Origin: Malacoraja senta
Taxonomy: Eukaryota
Length of the DNA stretch: 64,000 bases
Reading direction: 5' to 3'
Assembly: GCA_038087875.1 (NCBI GenBank)
Contig: CM075988.1
Coordinates: 26,352,001-26,416,000, forward strand
Shown: in pieces, positions 28,141 through 40,355 of the stretch
Layout of the letters: every line of letters starts with the position of its first letter
Position numbering within the stretch: position 1 is the stretch's first letter
Notes under the pieces: generated by a model
The model's database searches: none
Seen by the model: the letters and a program-made list of their open reading frames with translations, nothing else
What the model was told of the DNA's origin: nothing
Position numbers and translations under genes: made by a program

Positions 28141-28465
28141 CGGCACGGTGGCGCAGCGGTAGAGTTAATGCTTTACAGCGCTTGCAGGGCCGGAGACCTG
28201 GGTTCGATCCCAACTACGGGTGCTGTCTGTACGGAGTTTGCACGTTCTCCCCGTGACTGCGTGGGTTTTCTCCAAGATCTTTGGTTTCCTCCCACACTCT
28301 AGATGTACAGGTTTGTAGGTTAATTGGCTTGGGCTTGTATGCTTGGTATAAGTGTAAATTGTTCCTAGTGTGTGTAGGCGTGTTAATGTGCGGGGATCGC
28401 TGGTCGGTGTGGGCTCGGTGGGCCGAAGGGCCCTGTTTCCGCGCTGTGCCTCAAACTAAACAAAA
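28141..28465 (+). mobile_element. tRNA-derived V-SINE (HE1-like)
   Basis: A box TGGCGCAGCGG, B box GGTTCGATCCC, V-domain GGAGTTTGCACGTTCTCCCCGTG and CR1-like 3' tail GGGCCGAAGGGCCCTGTTTCC. Confidence 0.85.
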
Positions 28466-31400
28466 ATTCTCCACAGCTCATTTCAAGTTGGTGCTTATTC
28501 TTGACTAAATTTCATCTTCACGATTGCACTGAATGTTCTCCTGTGGTCAAGGATCCCTCTAGAATCTACAGCTGCTTAGAGTAGGAATGATGATGCAGTT
28601 TGGTATTTGTGCATCCGCCACAGTTATAGTCAGTTCCAATGCATTATTAAATCATCAACAGATATTTCAGGTCAGATAACTCTGAGCTCTCCAGTATAGT
28701 CATGTCCTTTGCTTTAACCTACTAGAGTTCCAGGATGCTAGCTGATTCAGAATTCTGGAAAAGATATCCTGATCTACCCTGCTCTACAAAAGAAATGTGA
28801 TTCACTGCAGTAGTTTATCTGAAGAATTTCACTCCAGCACATTGAAACAATCTATTGTATCTATCTCCACCCCCACCCCTGCCAATGTGTTTCAGGCCCA
28901 CAATTGCCTCACATATCTCCGTTAAACTTTCCCCTTCTCACCTTCTAGCCAAGCCCTCTAGAGTTGACGAGTTTCGCCCTGGGAACAAAGTTCTGACTGT
29001 CCACCGTGCTTGTGCCTCCCATCATTTGATGTACTAGAACAATCACATCATCACACACCAGTACCATTGTGCACTGGCTCAACAATACACTTAACCTACG
29101 ATATAATAAAAGCAGAAAATGTGGAAAACACTCAGCATGTCGGGCAACATCTGCGGTAAGAGAAACAGATACAGTTTCAGGAAGGATACAAGGGCTGTCT
29201 GAACTGAAAGGTTAACTCCTGATATACTGAGTGTTTCCAGCATGTTCTGGTTTTATTTAAGACTTCCAGCATCTGGAAGTTATTTATTTCCAACTAATTT
29301 CCAACTCAGTAATGCATGTACTGGTACCACAGAACTGTAATGTAGTGATCACTTGCACTACAGTGCACTAATATCAGTGGTGCATTAGCCCAGTCATACA
29401 CAGGACTCTTTGGTCACATTTCACACCAATTGCCTGATAATACACTCATCAATGTCTTCCTGGTCAATTCCACAGTCCCACTCCCAGCAATTGGCCACGC
29501 TCTGTCCCTGGTAAATAGAGCCCTGTGCCCTGAGAAACACAGCCAGCACTGAATGCAAACTGGTGAGTACCAACTATTCAGTTGAGGTTTGCGTCATTGA
29601 AAGGAGAAGACATCAAACCTATTAATTGTTCTTTATCTCTCGACATCACCATCTATATCTCTTGTTTCCCATTCCCCTGACTGGTCTAAAGAAGGGTCTC
29701 GACCCAAAATGTCACCCATTCGTTCTCTTCAGCGATGCTGCCTGTCCTGCTGAGTTACTCCAGCTTTTTGTGTCTATCTTTGGTTTAAACCAGGATCTGC
29801 TGTTCCTTCCTGCACAAACCAATAGTGTCAGGATGCGGGCACCTTGAGTACAGCTTTGTAAAGGTCAGTGTGTGATCCTGCAGCTGTGCCTGCCACTCTC
29901 AGCTGTCGTCTCTCTTTACTCCAGCAATTGTCAGCAGGCCAGGCCACGAATTAAAGGCAAACGCTAAATTGCTGAGCACCCATGGACGTCACGTTCAATG
30001 ATCAACTCGGTAGCATTTTCCCTCCTTCCTTCAGCCTGCTTTGCTCAAATTAAAACACAATCCACTCTCTCGACCTTTACTGGGTGTCAGCCCCGGTAGT
30101 GTGAAACAGGTCCTGACCTCACCGACGTGCTGAGGCAGAGAGATGCCTTTGTGCGGAGGTGGATTTTATACTTCATTGCGGTGACATTTTGGGGATCAAA
30201 CTTCACTTGAGTGAAATACCAAAACTAAGACTCTCGGTGTTATTGTGGGAGATTGCCGCCCTGTCTGCAATGTCACATGTACATGCTATTCATTTGCTGC
30301 TCTCTCGGTGGGCACCAGTCAGAGAGTTTCCCAGGGTCCTCACCAATATTTATCCTTCAAACGAACAAAAGCCTTTAGCTTATCACTTTGCTGTGCCATA
30401 ATTGGCTATTACATTAGGTTTAGGTTTATTGTTACAGAGGTACAGTGAAAAGCTTTGTTTTACATGCTATCTAATCAGATCAGATAATACTGGACCTGAA
30501 TGCCATCAACCCACACTCAAGTACAATAGGTAGAGCAAAGGAGAAGATACTGAATGCCGAAGGGTCTCGATCCAAAAAACGTCACCCACTCTTTCTCTCC
30601 AGAGATGCTGCCTGTCCTGCTGAGTTACTCCAGCATTTTGTGTGTACCTGTGGAATATATTTCTCAGCACAAAGACCAATGTCCGTACTGAGGTAGAGGC
30701 TAATTGGACGGTTCAGAACAACATTTTAGGCAAGCACAATAAAACTCTTTTTTTTCCCATTTATTTACAAATTGGGTTGAATCTAATGGGAGAGCAGAGC
30801 AGTTAATGCGAGAGGTGGGGCTGTGGATCAGTGTTTGAATGTCACAACACGGCCCTGAATGTGATGTAGCATTATTTTCACCTCACAGTCTTCTCTGAAT
30901 TACCTGTCACTTATTGCAGAAGTAATTTGACAGCAGGTGTGATACTTGAAAAGTTAATTCCATTAAGTAATCTTTGGCACCTTTCTGTTAATTGCATTAT
31001 CAGTGGAGTAGATAGAAATGAGTTAGTGCAAGCATTAGATGGTGAATCAATAAACGACTTGCAGGTTATTAACGCGTCATAAATAAAACCACTATTTGAC
31101 CATATCCACACAGAGTATTCCCTATTGATGCCTTCATTGGGTTCAGGGTGTGATTTTATTTCATTATTTTGCTGAGCTCCACTTGCTTTCTGATGGTTCT
31201 GACAACATAATTCCAATATATGATGAACCTAAAGGGGAAGATCACGCCCCACAAATATCCCAAACCTTCCAAACGCTTTAACTCAGACTACATGTCAATT
31301 ATAGGAATCTTATGGATAACTAGAGAAAATGGTGAGAACTTCAGACAACTGGTACTGGAGCAAAAGCCTTGACTGAAATGAGAGCATAAATGTTGTTCAG

Positions 31401-31947
31401 ATTCTCCACGGTGAAGAAGGGTCCCGACACAAAATATCACCTATCTTTGCTCTTCGGAGATGCTGCCTGACCCGCTGAATTACTCCAGCACTTTGTGTTT
31501 TTTTTGGGTAAACCAGCATCTGCAGTTCCTTGTTTCAACCTCTAACCTTCTGCCATATTGCCTTGCAGCTATAAAGCACCTGAGGAGGTGTCCAAGACCA
31601 GAGGATTTCACTGTGGGATCTGTAATAGTGTCAAAGCACAAAATCCAGCATGTTGGACAATATTCTGAAAGTAGGGGCTGAGAGATTTGGTGGGTGGTGA
31701 AAAATGATGCGTATAGCTGACGGATGGTTTTGTAAAATATGGTCCAGGTAAGGTGGTACTTTGGTGGGAAACAAGATCGACGAAACAAAATGGTAGAACT
31801 AAAGTTAGGTGGTGGGACCACATTTGGTGTACTATATTCCTGCTAGAGGAAGGATGTTGTTAAGCTGGAATAAAGTGCCGAGAAGATGTTGCCAGGACTT
31901 GAGGGGCCTGAGCTAAAGGGTGAGGTTGGATAGGATCGGATCTTATT

Positions 31948-32864
31948 AGAAACATAGAAAATAGGTGCAGGAGTAGGCCATTCGGCCCTTCGAGCCTGCA
32001 CCGCCATTCAATATGATCATGGCTGATCATCCAACTCAGTATCCTGTACCCGCCTTCTCTCCGTACCCCCTGATCCCTTTAGCCACAAAGGCCACATCTA
32101 ACTCCCTCTTAAATATAGCCAATGAACTGGCCTCAACTACCTTCTACGGCAGAGAATTCCACAGATTCACCACTCCCTGTGTGAAAAATGTTTTTCTCAT
32201 CTCGGTCCTAAAAGACTTCCCCCATCCTTAAACTGTGACCCCTTGTTCTGGACTTCCCCAACATCGGGAACAATCTTCCTGCATCTAGCCTGTCCAACCC
32301 CTTAAGAATTTTGTAAGTTTCTATAAGATCCCCCCTCAATCTTCTAAATTCTAGCAAGTACAAGCCGAGTCTATCCAGTCTTTCTTCATATGAAAGTCCT
32401 GACATCCCAGGAATCAGTCTGGTGAACCTTCTCTGTACTCCCTCTATGGCAAGAATGTCTTTCCTCAGATTAGGAGACCAAAACTGTACGCAATACTCCA
32501 GGTGTGGTCTCACCAAGACCCTGTACAACTGCAGTAGAACCTCCCTGCTCCTATACTCAAATCCTTTTGCTATGAATGCTAACATACCATTCGCTTTCTT
32601 CACTGCCTGCTGCACCTGCATGCCTACTTTTAATGACTGGTGTACCATGACACCCAGGTCTCGTTGCATCTCCCCTTTTCCTAATCGGCCACCATTCAGA
32701 TAATAGTCTACTTTCCTGTTTTTGTCACCAAAGTGGATAACCTCACATTTATCCTCATTATACTGCATCTGCCATGCATTTTCCCACTCACCCAACCTAT
32801 CCAAGTCACCTTGCAGCCTCCTAGCATCCTCCTCACAGCTAACACTGCCCCCCAGCTTCGTGTC
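31948..32864 (-). mobile_element. Young CR1 LINE 3' fragment (RT C-terminus)
   Basis: Long open frame DTKLGG...LQGDLDRL...[15 protein letters not shown] plus 3' UTR. Confidence 0.92.
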
Positions 32865-32899
32865 ATATTCTTTGGAGTGTGATCTTATCAAGGTGTATA

Positions 32900-33330
32900 C
32901 AATGTTGTGATAGTCCCTGCCTCAACTATCTCCTCTGGCAGCTAGTTCCATGCATCCACCACCTTCTGAGTGAAAAGTTGCCTCTAAGTTGCCCCTGCCC
33001 TGGATAAAAGACTCCGTGCCTCTACCCTATCTATTCCACTCATGATCTTATACACCTCTATAAGATCATCCTTCAGCCTCCTGCACTCCAAGGAATAAGG
33101 TCCAGCTTGCTCAACCTCCACCTTATTGCTTAGGCCCTCAAGCCCCAGCAACATTTGGTGTCAGGGGTTATGGGGAGAAGGCAGGAGAATGGGGTTAGGA
33201 GGGAGAGATAGATCAGCTATGATTGAATGGCAGAGTAGACTTGATGGGGCCGAATGGCCTAATTCTACTCCTATTCCTTACGACGTTACCAACATCCTCG
33301 TAAATCTTCTCTGCACTCTTTCCAGTTTAG
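32900..33330 (-). mobile_element. CR1 fragment interrupted by an opposite-strand CR1 3' end (about 33155-33289)
   Basis: Host sequence resumes after the insert. CAACAT is duplicated at 33149-33154 and 33290-33295. Confidence 0.65.
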
Positions 33331-34395
33331 ATGTGTTGTGTGTACAATAGGAGAAGGTAGGATCAGGATAGTCCTGTGTACTCACAACCCTCTACGTCCC
33401 CATACAGCCTAGTGACCATCACATTTCAGACTCAGCAAGGAATATTAAGCAGTGACCATCTTCAACATCAGGTTAAGCCCAAAGGGCAACGAGACCTAAC
33501 TGGGGAAATGATGAAAATAAATTGGAAACACCACCAAGATTTATTTCAATCACATATATTTTATTTTTAACTAAGTTACAACGAACAGATATCCAGAATC
33601 CCTGGCAATTCTTTCATATAACTCTGGTAATACTGAAACCTCCCAAAGGAGAAAAACCATGAAAAAAAAATAAAAAACATCATAATTTCTCAACTGCAAC
33701 CCTCACTTGTCCAACACACCATTCTGGAGTGGATCAGTCCATCAAGGAAGGTAAATGCTATAGGTGTGATCACAAGCTCACTCTGTGGGAATCCATTCAC
33801 AATTCTGCTAGAAATTGGAGGGGAGATCTCTGTGTACGTTCAACGTTACAGGCAGAGTAACAGGCAGATCATCACCACTGACGCAAGAGTTAGTCTATGG
33901 GATTATCTCACTCATTCAGAGAAGACGCTGAGCTGGTCCTTCAGGATTGTCCTGGGATGTCCACAAGTTAAGATCCACCTGCTGTGTATTGTTAACTCGG
34001 CCAACAGTCACGCATCATCTTGTGAGTGATCTACAAGATCTGGAGACACAAACGGCTGCAAATACTGGAATGTGGAGCAACCAATAAACTTCTGAAGGAA
34101 CTCAGCAGGTCAAGCAGCATCTGTGGGAGAAGGAGTGGTGGACATTGATGCATCAGCTGAACTTTTCTTCCCCCCCCCCCCCCCCGCACAGATTCTGCCT
34201 CACCTGCTGAGTTCCTCCAGCAGATTTTCTGTAGAATGTGAAGAGTTTGCTTGTTTTTCAATGGGACGATAAAAGATGGGAAACTCTGAGGATGGATGTG
34301 TTAGACTCCAAAGGCAGAGTGCTAGCCAACTTACACCACAAAATATACAAATGCAAACTTGGCAACTGCAGTGAAGTCACAGCGCATTCAATGCT

Positions 34396-34960
34396 GGACA
34401 AAAATGCTGGAGAAACTCAGCGGGTGAGGCAGCATCTATGGAGCGAAGGAATAGGCGACGTTTCAGGTCTAGACCCTTCTTCAGACTGATGGGGCGGGAC
34501 AAAGAAAGGAAGAGGCGGAGACAGTAGGCTGTGGGAGAGCTGGGAAGGGGAAGGGGGGACAAAGCAAGGCCTAACTGAAATTGGAGAAGTCAATGTTCAT
34601 ACTGCTGCCACGAGGTGCATTCAATGTTGATGTGAGGATCAGGAGATGAGACCACGCTTTAACCACGAGAGCCCAACTTCAATCATCTCTCATCCCCTTT
34701 TCATTTCTAGTCATTGTCACCATCTCCACTCACTTGCTAAACACCCCCACCCCTCACCTGTATACACCTATCACGTTAGCTTGCTCCACCCCCACCTCTC
34801 TTTCCCAGCTTTCTCCCCCCTACCCCGAGAGTCTGAATAAGAATCCCAACCCGAGATATCACAGGTCCATTTCCCTCCACAGGTGCTGCCTGACACATTG
34901 AGTTCTTCCAGTACTTTGTGTTTTGCTCCAGATTCCAGCATCTGCAGTCTCTTCTCTGTC
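34396..34960. mobile_element. Penelope-like 3' ends in inverted arrangement
   Basis: Minus-strand terminal repeat plus end of the GIY-YIG ORF (34396-34610), followed by a degenerate plus-strand 3' end and terminal repeat (about 34700-34960). Confidence 0.6.
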
Positions 34961-37164
34961 CATTGAATGAACCCTAGGCATTTGGACGAAGGTCATGTGT
35001 ATTCCCGGTCAGAGTGGCATCAACAGCAGACTGATATTGTAACAGCGACCCCATGATGTCCAACTAGGAACAACGGAGCTAAACTCAGGGTCTGGGTGGG
35101 GAAGTTTGGAACAAGGTCTGAAGTAAATTAACTCGCGTGTTGAAAGATTAAACATGAGTCGAAGTACTAAAACTTGACAGAACGATCAAAGTGCAGTTGT
35201 GCAGGGAAGATGAGGAGCTTGTGGACGGATGTCTGTGTTGGTCCAGGCGTTATAGTCCATGGATGGTCCAATGGAGATCAGGAACATGGAGTTTCCATCA
35301 AGATCACAACATTGACATCATACAATACCTGACCATGTGATGGTTGATCACATGACACTTCACTAAACAATCAATGCCAGTGTTTGCAGTCTTGTGTCTG
35401 ACCACTTGTACTAATCCTGCACTTGTCCAATGTTACTCTCCCCACATATCCATCACCCCCCCCCCCTGCACCCCCCCCCAACCACCCAACCTGCACCCCC
35501 CCCGCCCCCACCCCTCAGCCCCAATTCAATGCACACCCACACACACAGATACACAGGGAAAGTTGCAGTTAACCTACTGTCCAGCACACCTCTGGGTTAT
35601 GGACGGAGACTGAGCAGCCAGAGGAAACCATGTGGCCACAGGGAGAACGTGTCAACTCCAGCACCCGAAGAGATCACAATTGAACCCAGATCGCTGGAGA
35701 TAAGAGGCAGCTGCTCGATTAGCGGTGCCGCCCAATGTAATGCTGACTGCTTTTGTACCTGAGGCTGCTGCCATAGCTGTGGGCCAGGCCATGGTTGGCA
35801 GAACCTCTCCCTATAATCCACTGGCCACATGGGTGCCCACTATCTCCAATGATCTGGGTGAGTGGAGGCAGTGGCCAGTATGGCTACCCTCAGGTCCCAA
35901 ACTCTGGGACACAACGGGAAAGTTGGGAACCCAAACAGAAAGCCTCACGTCAGCCCCAGTGATTAGAATAACATGCTTATTCCGTTAGTTGGCAGTATGG
36001 GACTTCAGATTGCGCTCATAGTTACAAAGTTTTACTTTTAGATACGAAAATAGATCCTTTTCCAGTCTGTAGCAAGCTCGATTTCTAACCACGAAGAAAC
36101 TGGATTAAAAAGTAGGCCTTTTTGTGTTGTACAAAACCTATGTTTCTGGAATGTTCCCTGCCACTGATTGGTGGACTTGTCGCTGCCTCTTTCCAGGGGG
36201 GGACATGTAAAGATATCTCACAAGGATCCAGTCAAAGCTATTTCTGAGAATTTGCCCAATCTTGGATTATTTGGACAAATGCGTCCCATGAATAATTTCA
36301 GGATTCAGGAACACCCAAGCAAGAGCTTAGAATCATTACAATGGATATTTTGAGGTGTTATTACTCTGTTTTACATAAAGTACACCTTCAGCCACTTTGG
36401 GCCAACGTTAACCGAGGCAGCCAGTGGGAAGTTGAGACTGGTGGTGAAGCTGGGTTCCATATCTGCTTGGTGGCAGGATCGGGTGGGGAATGTAGAAACG
36501 GCAGTACACCTGATCTGCTGGGACACCTACTGGACAATGTGTAGGTCCACCCTGCCACAGCAGCTGATGGAAACCGCTCACCAGCTACATCTCAGCCACA
36601 ATGGGAGCAGGGAATTGACTGGGGGCTTTGCTGGCAATAATTAACTCCCCAAAAAAACGAATTTAGAGAAAAGATTACATTACCATTCCCCTCAACGGGC
36701 AACCAGCCTGGGTGGACATTATGTTTTACCAATGTGCCACCTTCCCATTGACACCCAATTTAAAAACATGCACATTTATAACAACAACCTTGGTTATAAT
36801 TCACCACACTCACATGGCACATGACAATAAGCGCAGTATTTACGCTGATGCGGGCGGCAAAGCTGGTACCCCACTGGTGCTGCCAGTTTTGGTGATGACA
36901 CCTGCACACAGTTTGGAGCTGGATGGCATGCATGATGGATCAATGGGTTCACGGAGGGCACGGCAGTAGGTGAGCTCGTGTTAATGTGTAGCAGCACGTG
37001 TAGAGCGTAGAGAAGAACCAGTCTTGTCCCAGGAAGCACGATGAGAACAGTTGTCATCAGGGGCTGGCCGGCCAAGGCAGCCATCTCTCACTGGCCCTAG
37101 TGCCGCCTGCAAAAGCAGGAAGGAATTTCAACCTCAATACCAGAAATTATCTTACATTACAGTC

Positions 37165-38140
37165 TTACAGGATGGAAACAGGCCCTTCGGCCCAACTCGG
37201 CCATGCTTTCCTGCTTCTTCCACATGGTTTTACCATTAGCACGAAATGAGAAAATGAGCTGTCACATGGACATAGGGCTTGGACCCTTGCACCACCTTTA
37301 ATGAAACCATGGATGATCTGACAGTAACTCCAGCATTGTATTCCCATCCATGCACTGCATCTTTCACCTCCATGTCCATGAAGTGTCCATCTACATTGAA
37401 AGTAGTCATGGACTTCTTTCCACCACCCTCTGGGAGAGTTCCAAAGAGTTTTGATCATCTGAGATTTTAAAAAAAGTTGCCCCATCCCTCTCCTAAATGG
37501 GTGACCGCTTATTTTTAAATGGCGACCCCATTTCCAGATTCTCCCACAAGAGAAAACATCCTCTTCACATCCACTCTGTCACGACAATGAAGCATCCTAT
37601 TTGTCACGTTTTCCTCACGAGTGTACCTCCCCATTCCAGGTATTTGTCCAGTAATCCCTCTCTGAATGCTTCCAACATTCTTCCTTACATGAGGAGACCA
37701 ATGTGTACACAGCACTAAAATGTCATCTCCACAAAGCATTGTGTAACTGCACCATTATCTCACGACTTGTGTATTCAGTTGCCCGAACATGAAATAACAC
37801 AATTATTAGTGTTCATAATTACTTACAGGACCAGCAAACATACTAAATCTTGGTAGACCCCTCTGTATTTCACGCCTCTGCAATCCTACACCAGTTAAAT
37901 ATTATTTATTTTAATCACCTTTCCCCTTATTATACTTTATATGGCTGATGTTTGCGTGTCTTCATCTATTTACTTGCAATCTCCTGATGTCCTCTTCCCA
38001 ACTTACTTTCCCACCTCTCCATGTCTAATTTGCAAGTTTAACAATTGTATCTTGGTGCCTTCATCCAAGTAATTGACATAAATTGTAAAATGCTGTAAAA
38101 ATCCCAACACCCATAAACATCTCGTCAACTTGTAAAAGAT
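37165..38140 (-). mobile_element. Old degenerate CR1 fragment(s)
   Basis: Residual peptides VNYLDEG, WSPH and RMFSLVGES, and a CR1 3' tail. Confidence 0.6.
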
Positions 38141-38157
38141 CCATTTGCACCGATAAC

Positions 38158-38552
38158 CAAAGATCCTATAGCAAGCAAGATAGACCACTCGACGAAAAAG
38201 ACGTAGTACAGTCATGGGCAGATTCATGGGTCATTTTCGGCCCCATTTCCGTAACCGGCTTTTGTCTCCGCACCAAAGATCCCATAGGATACTAGTGCGG
38301 AGACGGAAGCCGGTTACGGAAACATCCTCGTAAAAATAAAAGTTATTTGGTAAAAATCTTCTCCTCATTTTCAGAATTTTAATTTATTAACACAAACTGT
38401 TCCCCCGCAACGTTGATTACACTGCGAGTCGAGTCGGGTCCGGTTATGGAAATGGATGAAAAAAAGGCCCACGTTCCGTTCCGTTGCGTACTACACGTCA
38501 GCCCATTGCATTTAGCAGGAGTGGTCTATCTTGCTCCGCTATAGGATCTTTG
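38158..38552. mobile_element. 395-bp non-autonomous DNA transposon (MITE), hAT- or P-like
   Basis: ~33-bp TIRs CAAAGATCCTATAGC.AGCAAGATAGACCACTC. 8-bp TSD CCGATAAC (38150-38157) / CCGATAAT (38553-38560). CpG-rich. Confidence 0.85.
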
Positions 38553-38826
38553 CCGATAATCCATTTCTTGTTAACGAACCAATCTTTTATCTACAACAAC
38601 CCATCACCTCCTGTACCATGAGCTATCACATGGAAATATATTCCTGTTTCTTCATTGATGGTGTAAATCCCAGTCCATATACGACTGTGAGATAGATTAC
38701 CTTTAGCAGAAAGACTGCAGAGATTGAAGAAGGAAGCTCACACCACCCGCTTCACAAAGGCAGGTAGGGACGGGCAATAGGCTCGAGCCTCACCATCAAC
38801 ACTACACCCAATTAAATTAATCAAGT

Positions 38827-39048
38827 TAGACACAAAAAGCTGAAGTAACTCAGCGGGACAGGCAGCATCTCTGGAGAGAAGGAAAGGGTGATGTTTCCGG
38901 TTTTGACACTTTTTCAGACTGATGAAGGGTCTCGACCGGAAACGTCACCCATTCCTTCTCTCCAGAGATGCTGCCTGTCCCGCTGAGTTACTCCAGCTTT
39001 TTGTGTCTATCTTCGGTTTAAACCAGCATCTGCAATTCCTTCCTACAC
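38827..39048. mobile_element. Head-to-head palindromic PLE-terminal-repeat unit just downstream of the SCN2B stop codon
   Basis: Inverted arms flanked by AATTAATCAAGT (38815-38826) and AATTAATTAAGT (39049-39060). CTGATGA...GAAACGTC core at 38919-38946 on the plus strand. Confidence 0.85.
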
Positions 39049-39138
39049 AATTAATTAAGTGGAGGGAGTGGGTCTTGAACCCGCCATGTCCCAGACACAA
39101 ACGCTACTGCTATGCCCAATCATCGTGTCCTTTCATCC

Positions 39139-39338
39139 TTACTTCTTCTCTCCTTCCTCATTGCCCTCCCCATCGGTCTTTCCTTCCTCTTCAGTTTTCT
39201 GATCTTCGGACTGATTATCCTGTTTCTTTTTCCTCCTCACGCACTTCACAACGACCAAGGTGAGGATGAGGACAGCGAGCAACCCACCGACAGTTGCGCC
39301 GATGATGACAGCCACGAAGGAGTGGTGCTCAGGATCCA
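39139..39338 (-). CDS. SCN2B: Sodium channel beta-2 subunit, exon 4 (TM helix and tail)
   Basis: CTTCCAG acceptor, 200 nt to TAA. VAVIIGATVGGLLAVLILTLVVVKCVRRKK...KTEEEGKTDGEGN matches beta-2. Confidence 0.96.
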
Positions 39339-39464
39339 CTGGAAGAGAGGGTTGGCATTAGGAACAGTTTACTGCCTCAGGCAAACAGCTGGATGCGAGT
39401 CCATGCATTAGTGGACCTTGGTCCGTACCTCAGTTTGTTTGTGGAGACCACAAGTATATGAGAA

Positions 39465-39745
39465 AGACTAGAGATACTGCACGGAAACAGGCCCTTTGTC
39501 CCGCTGAGTCCGCACCGACCAGCGATCCCCGCAGCCTAGTTCTGTCCAACACACACTGGGGACAATTTACAATTATACAGAAGTCAATTAACCTACTAAC
39601 CAGCATGTCTTTGGAGTGTGGGAGGAAACCGGAGCACCTGGAGAAAACCCACACGGTCACAAACTCTGTACAGACAGCACCCGTGGTCAGGATCACACTC
39701 GGGTCTCTGGCGCTGTGAGGCAGCAACTCTACCGCTGCGCCACTG
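39465..39745 (-). mobile_element. V-SINE copy (SCN2B intron 3)
   Basis: Reverse complement of the same SINE. Confidence 0.8.
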
Positions 39746-40144
39746 TGAGTCGAGAGGGATAAATATTCTAAAACTCATAGAACTGAGGACTCTGAGGAAA
39801 TGGCACATATGAAATCTGGGGCAGATGAACTTATTGATTGCAGGGCAAGAGTAAGGTGGGTTCACTGACCTACTCATGCTCCAATCTTTCATGACTTTGG
39901 TGGGGAAAGAAGCTGCCTTTGAATTCCTAAATGCCCACTACATGGCCATATAGGAATGATGGTCTCCCTCCCCCCACCCTCTCCAGAGAATAGAATGGGA
40001 TTGGTATAGGATTAGTGTGGATGGGTATGTGATGATGGATGAGGATCCAAACTGTGTGGTTGATGATGGAGAGGGGTTGGGATAGTATGTCTCTGTACTG
40101 GTGTGTGGAGGTGTAGTGATGATGATGTTGTCTATCCACAATAC

Positions 40145-40355
40145 CTTCTGTCACCACACTCAGCTGAATGATTCCCATTCCTTTGTGCCGGTCGGGTGGG
40201 TTTAAGACATAACATTTGTAAAAGCCATTGTCATTGCTCTGGATGTTGTGAATGGTGATGGAGACATCGTTCTTGTCCAGGTTTCCCGACCACTCCACCC
40301 GACCCCAGAAAGGTTCCGTTCTGGAGAAGATCACCCTGTTTCGGAACTGCACAAA
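40145..40355 (-). CDS. SCN2B: Sodium channel beta-2 subunit, exon 3
   Basis: GACAG acceptor and G|GTAT donor, 211 nt. Encodes RVEWSGN...DVSITI...DNGFYKCYVLNPPDRHKG. Confidence 0.96.

Noticed and set aside
28141..28215. tRNA gene
   Set aside because: The A and B boxes belong to a SINE head that continues into the V-domain and LINE-like tail. No complete cloverleaf.
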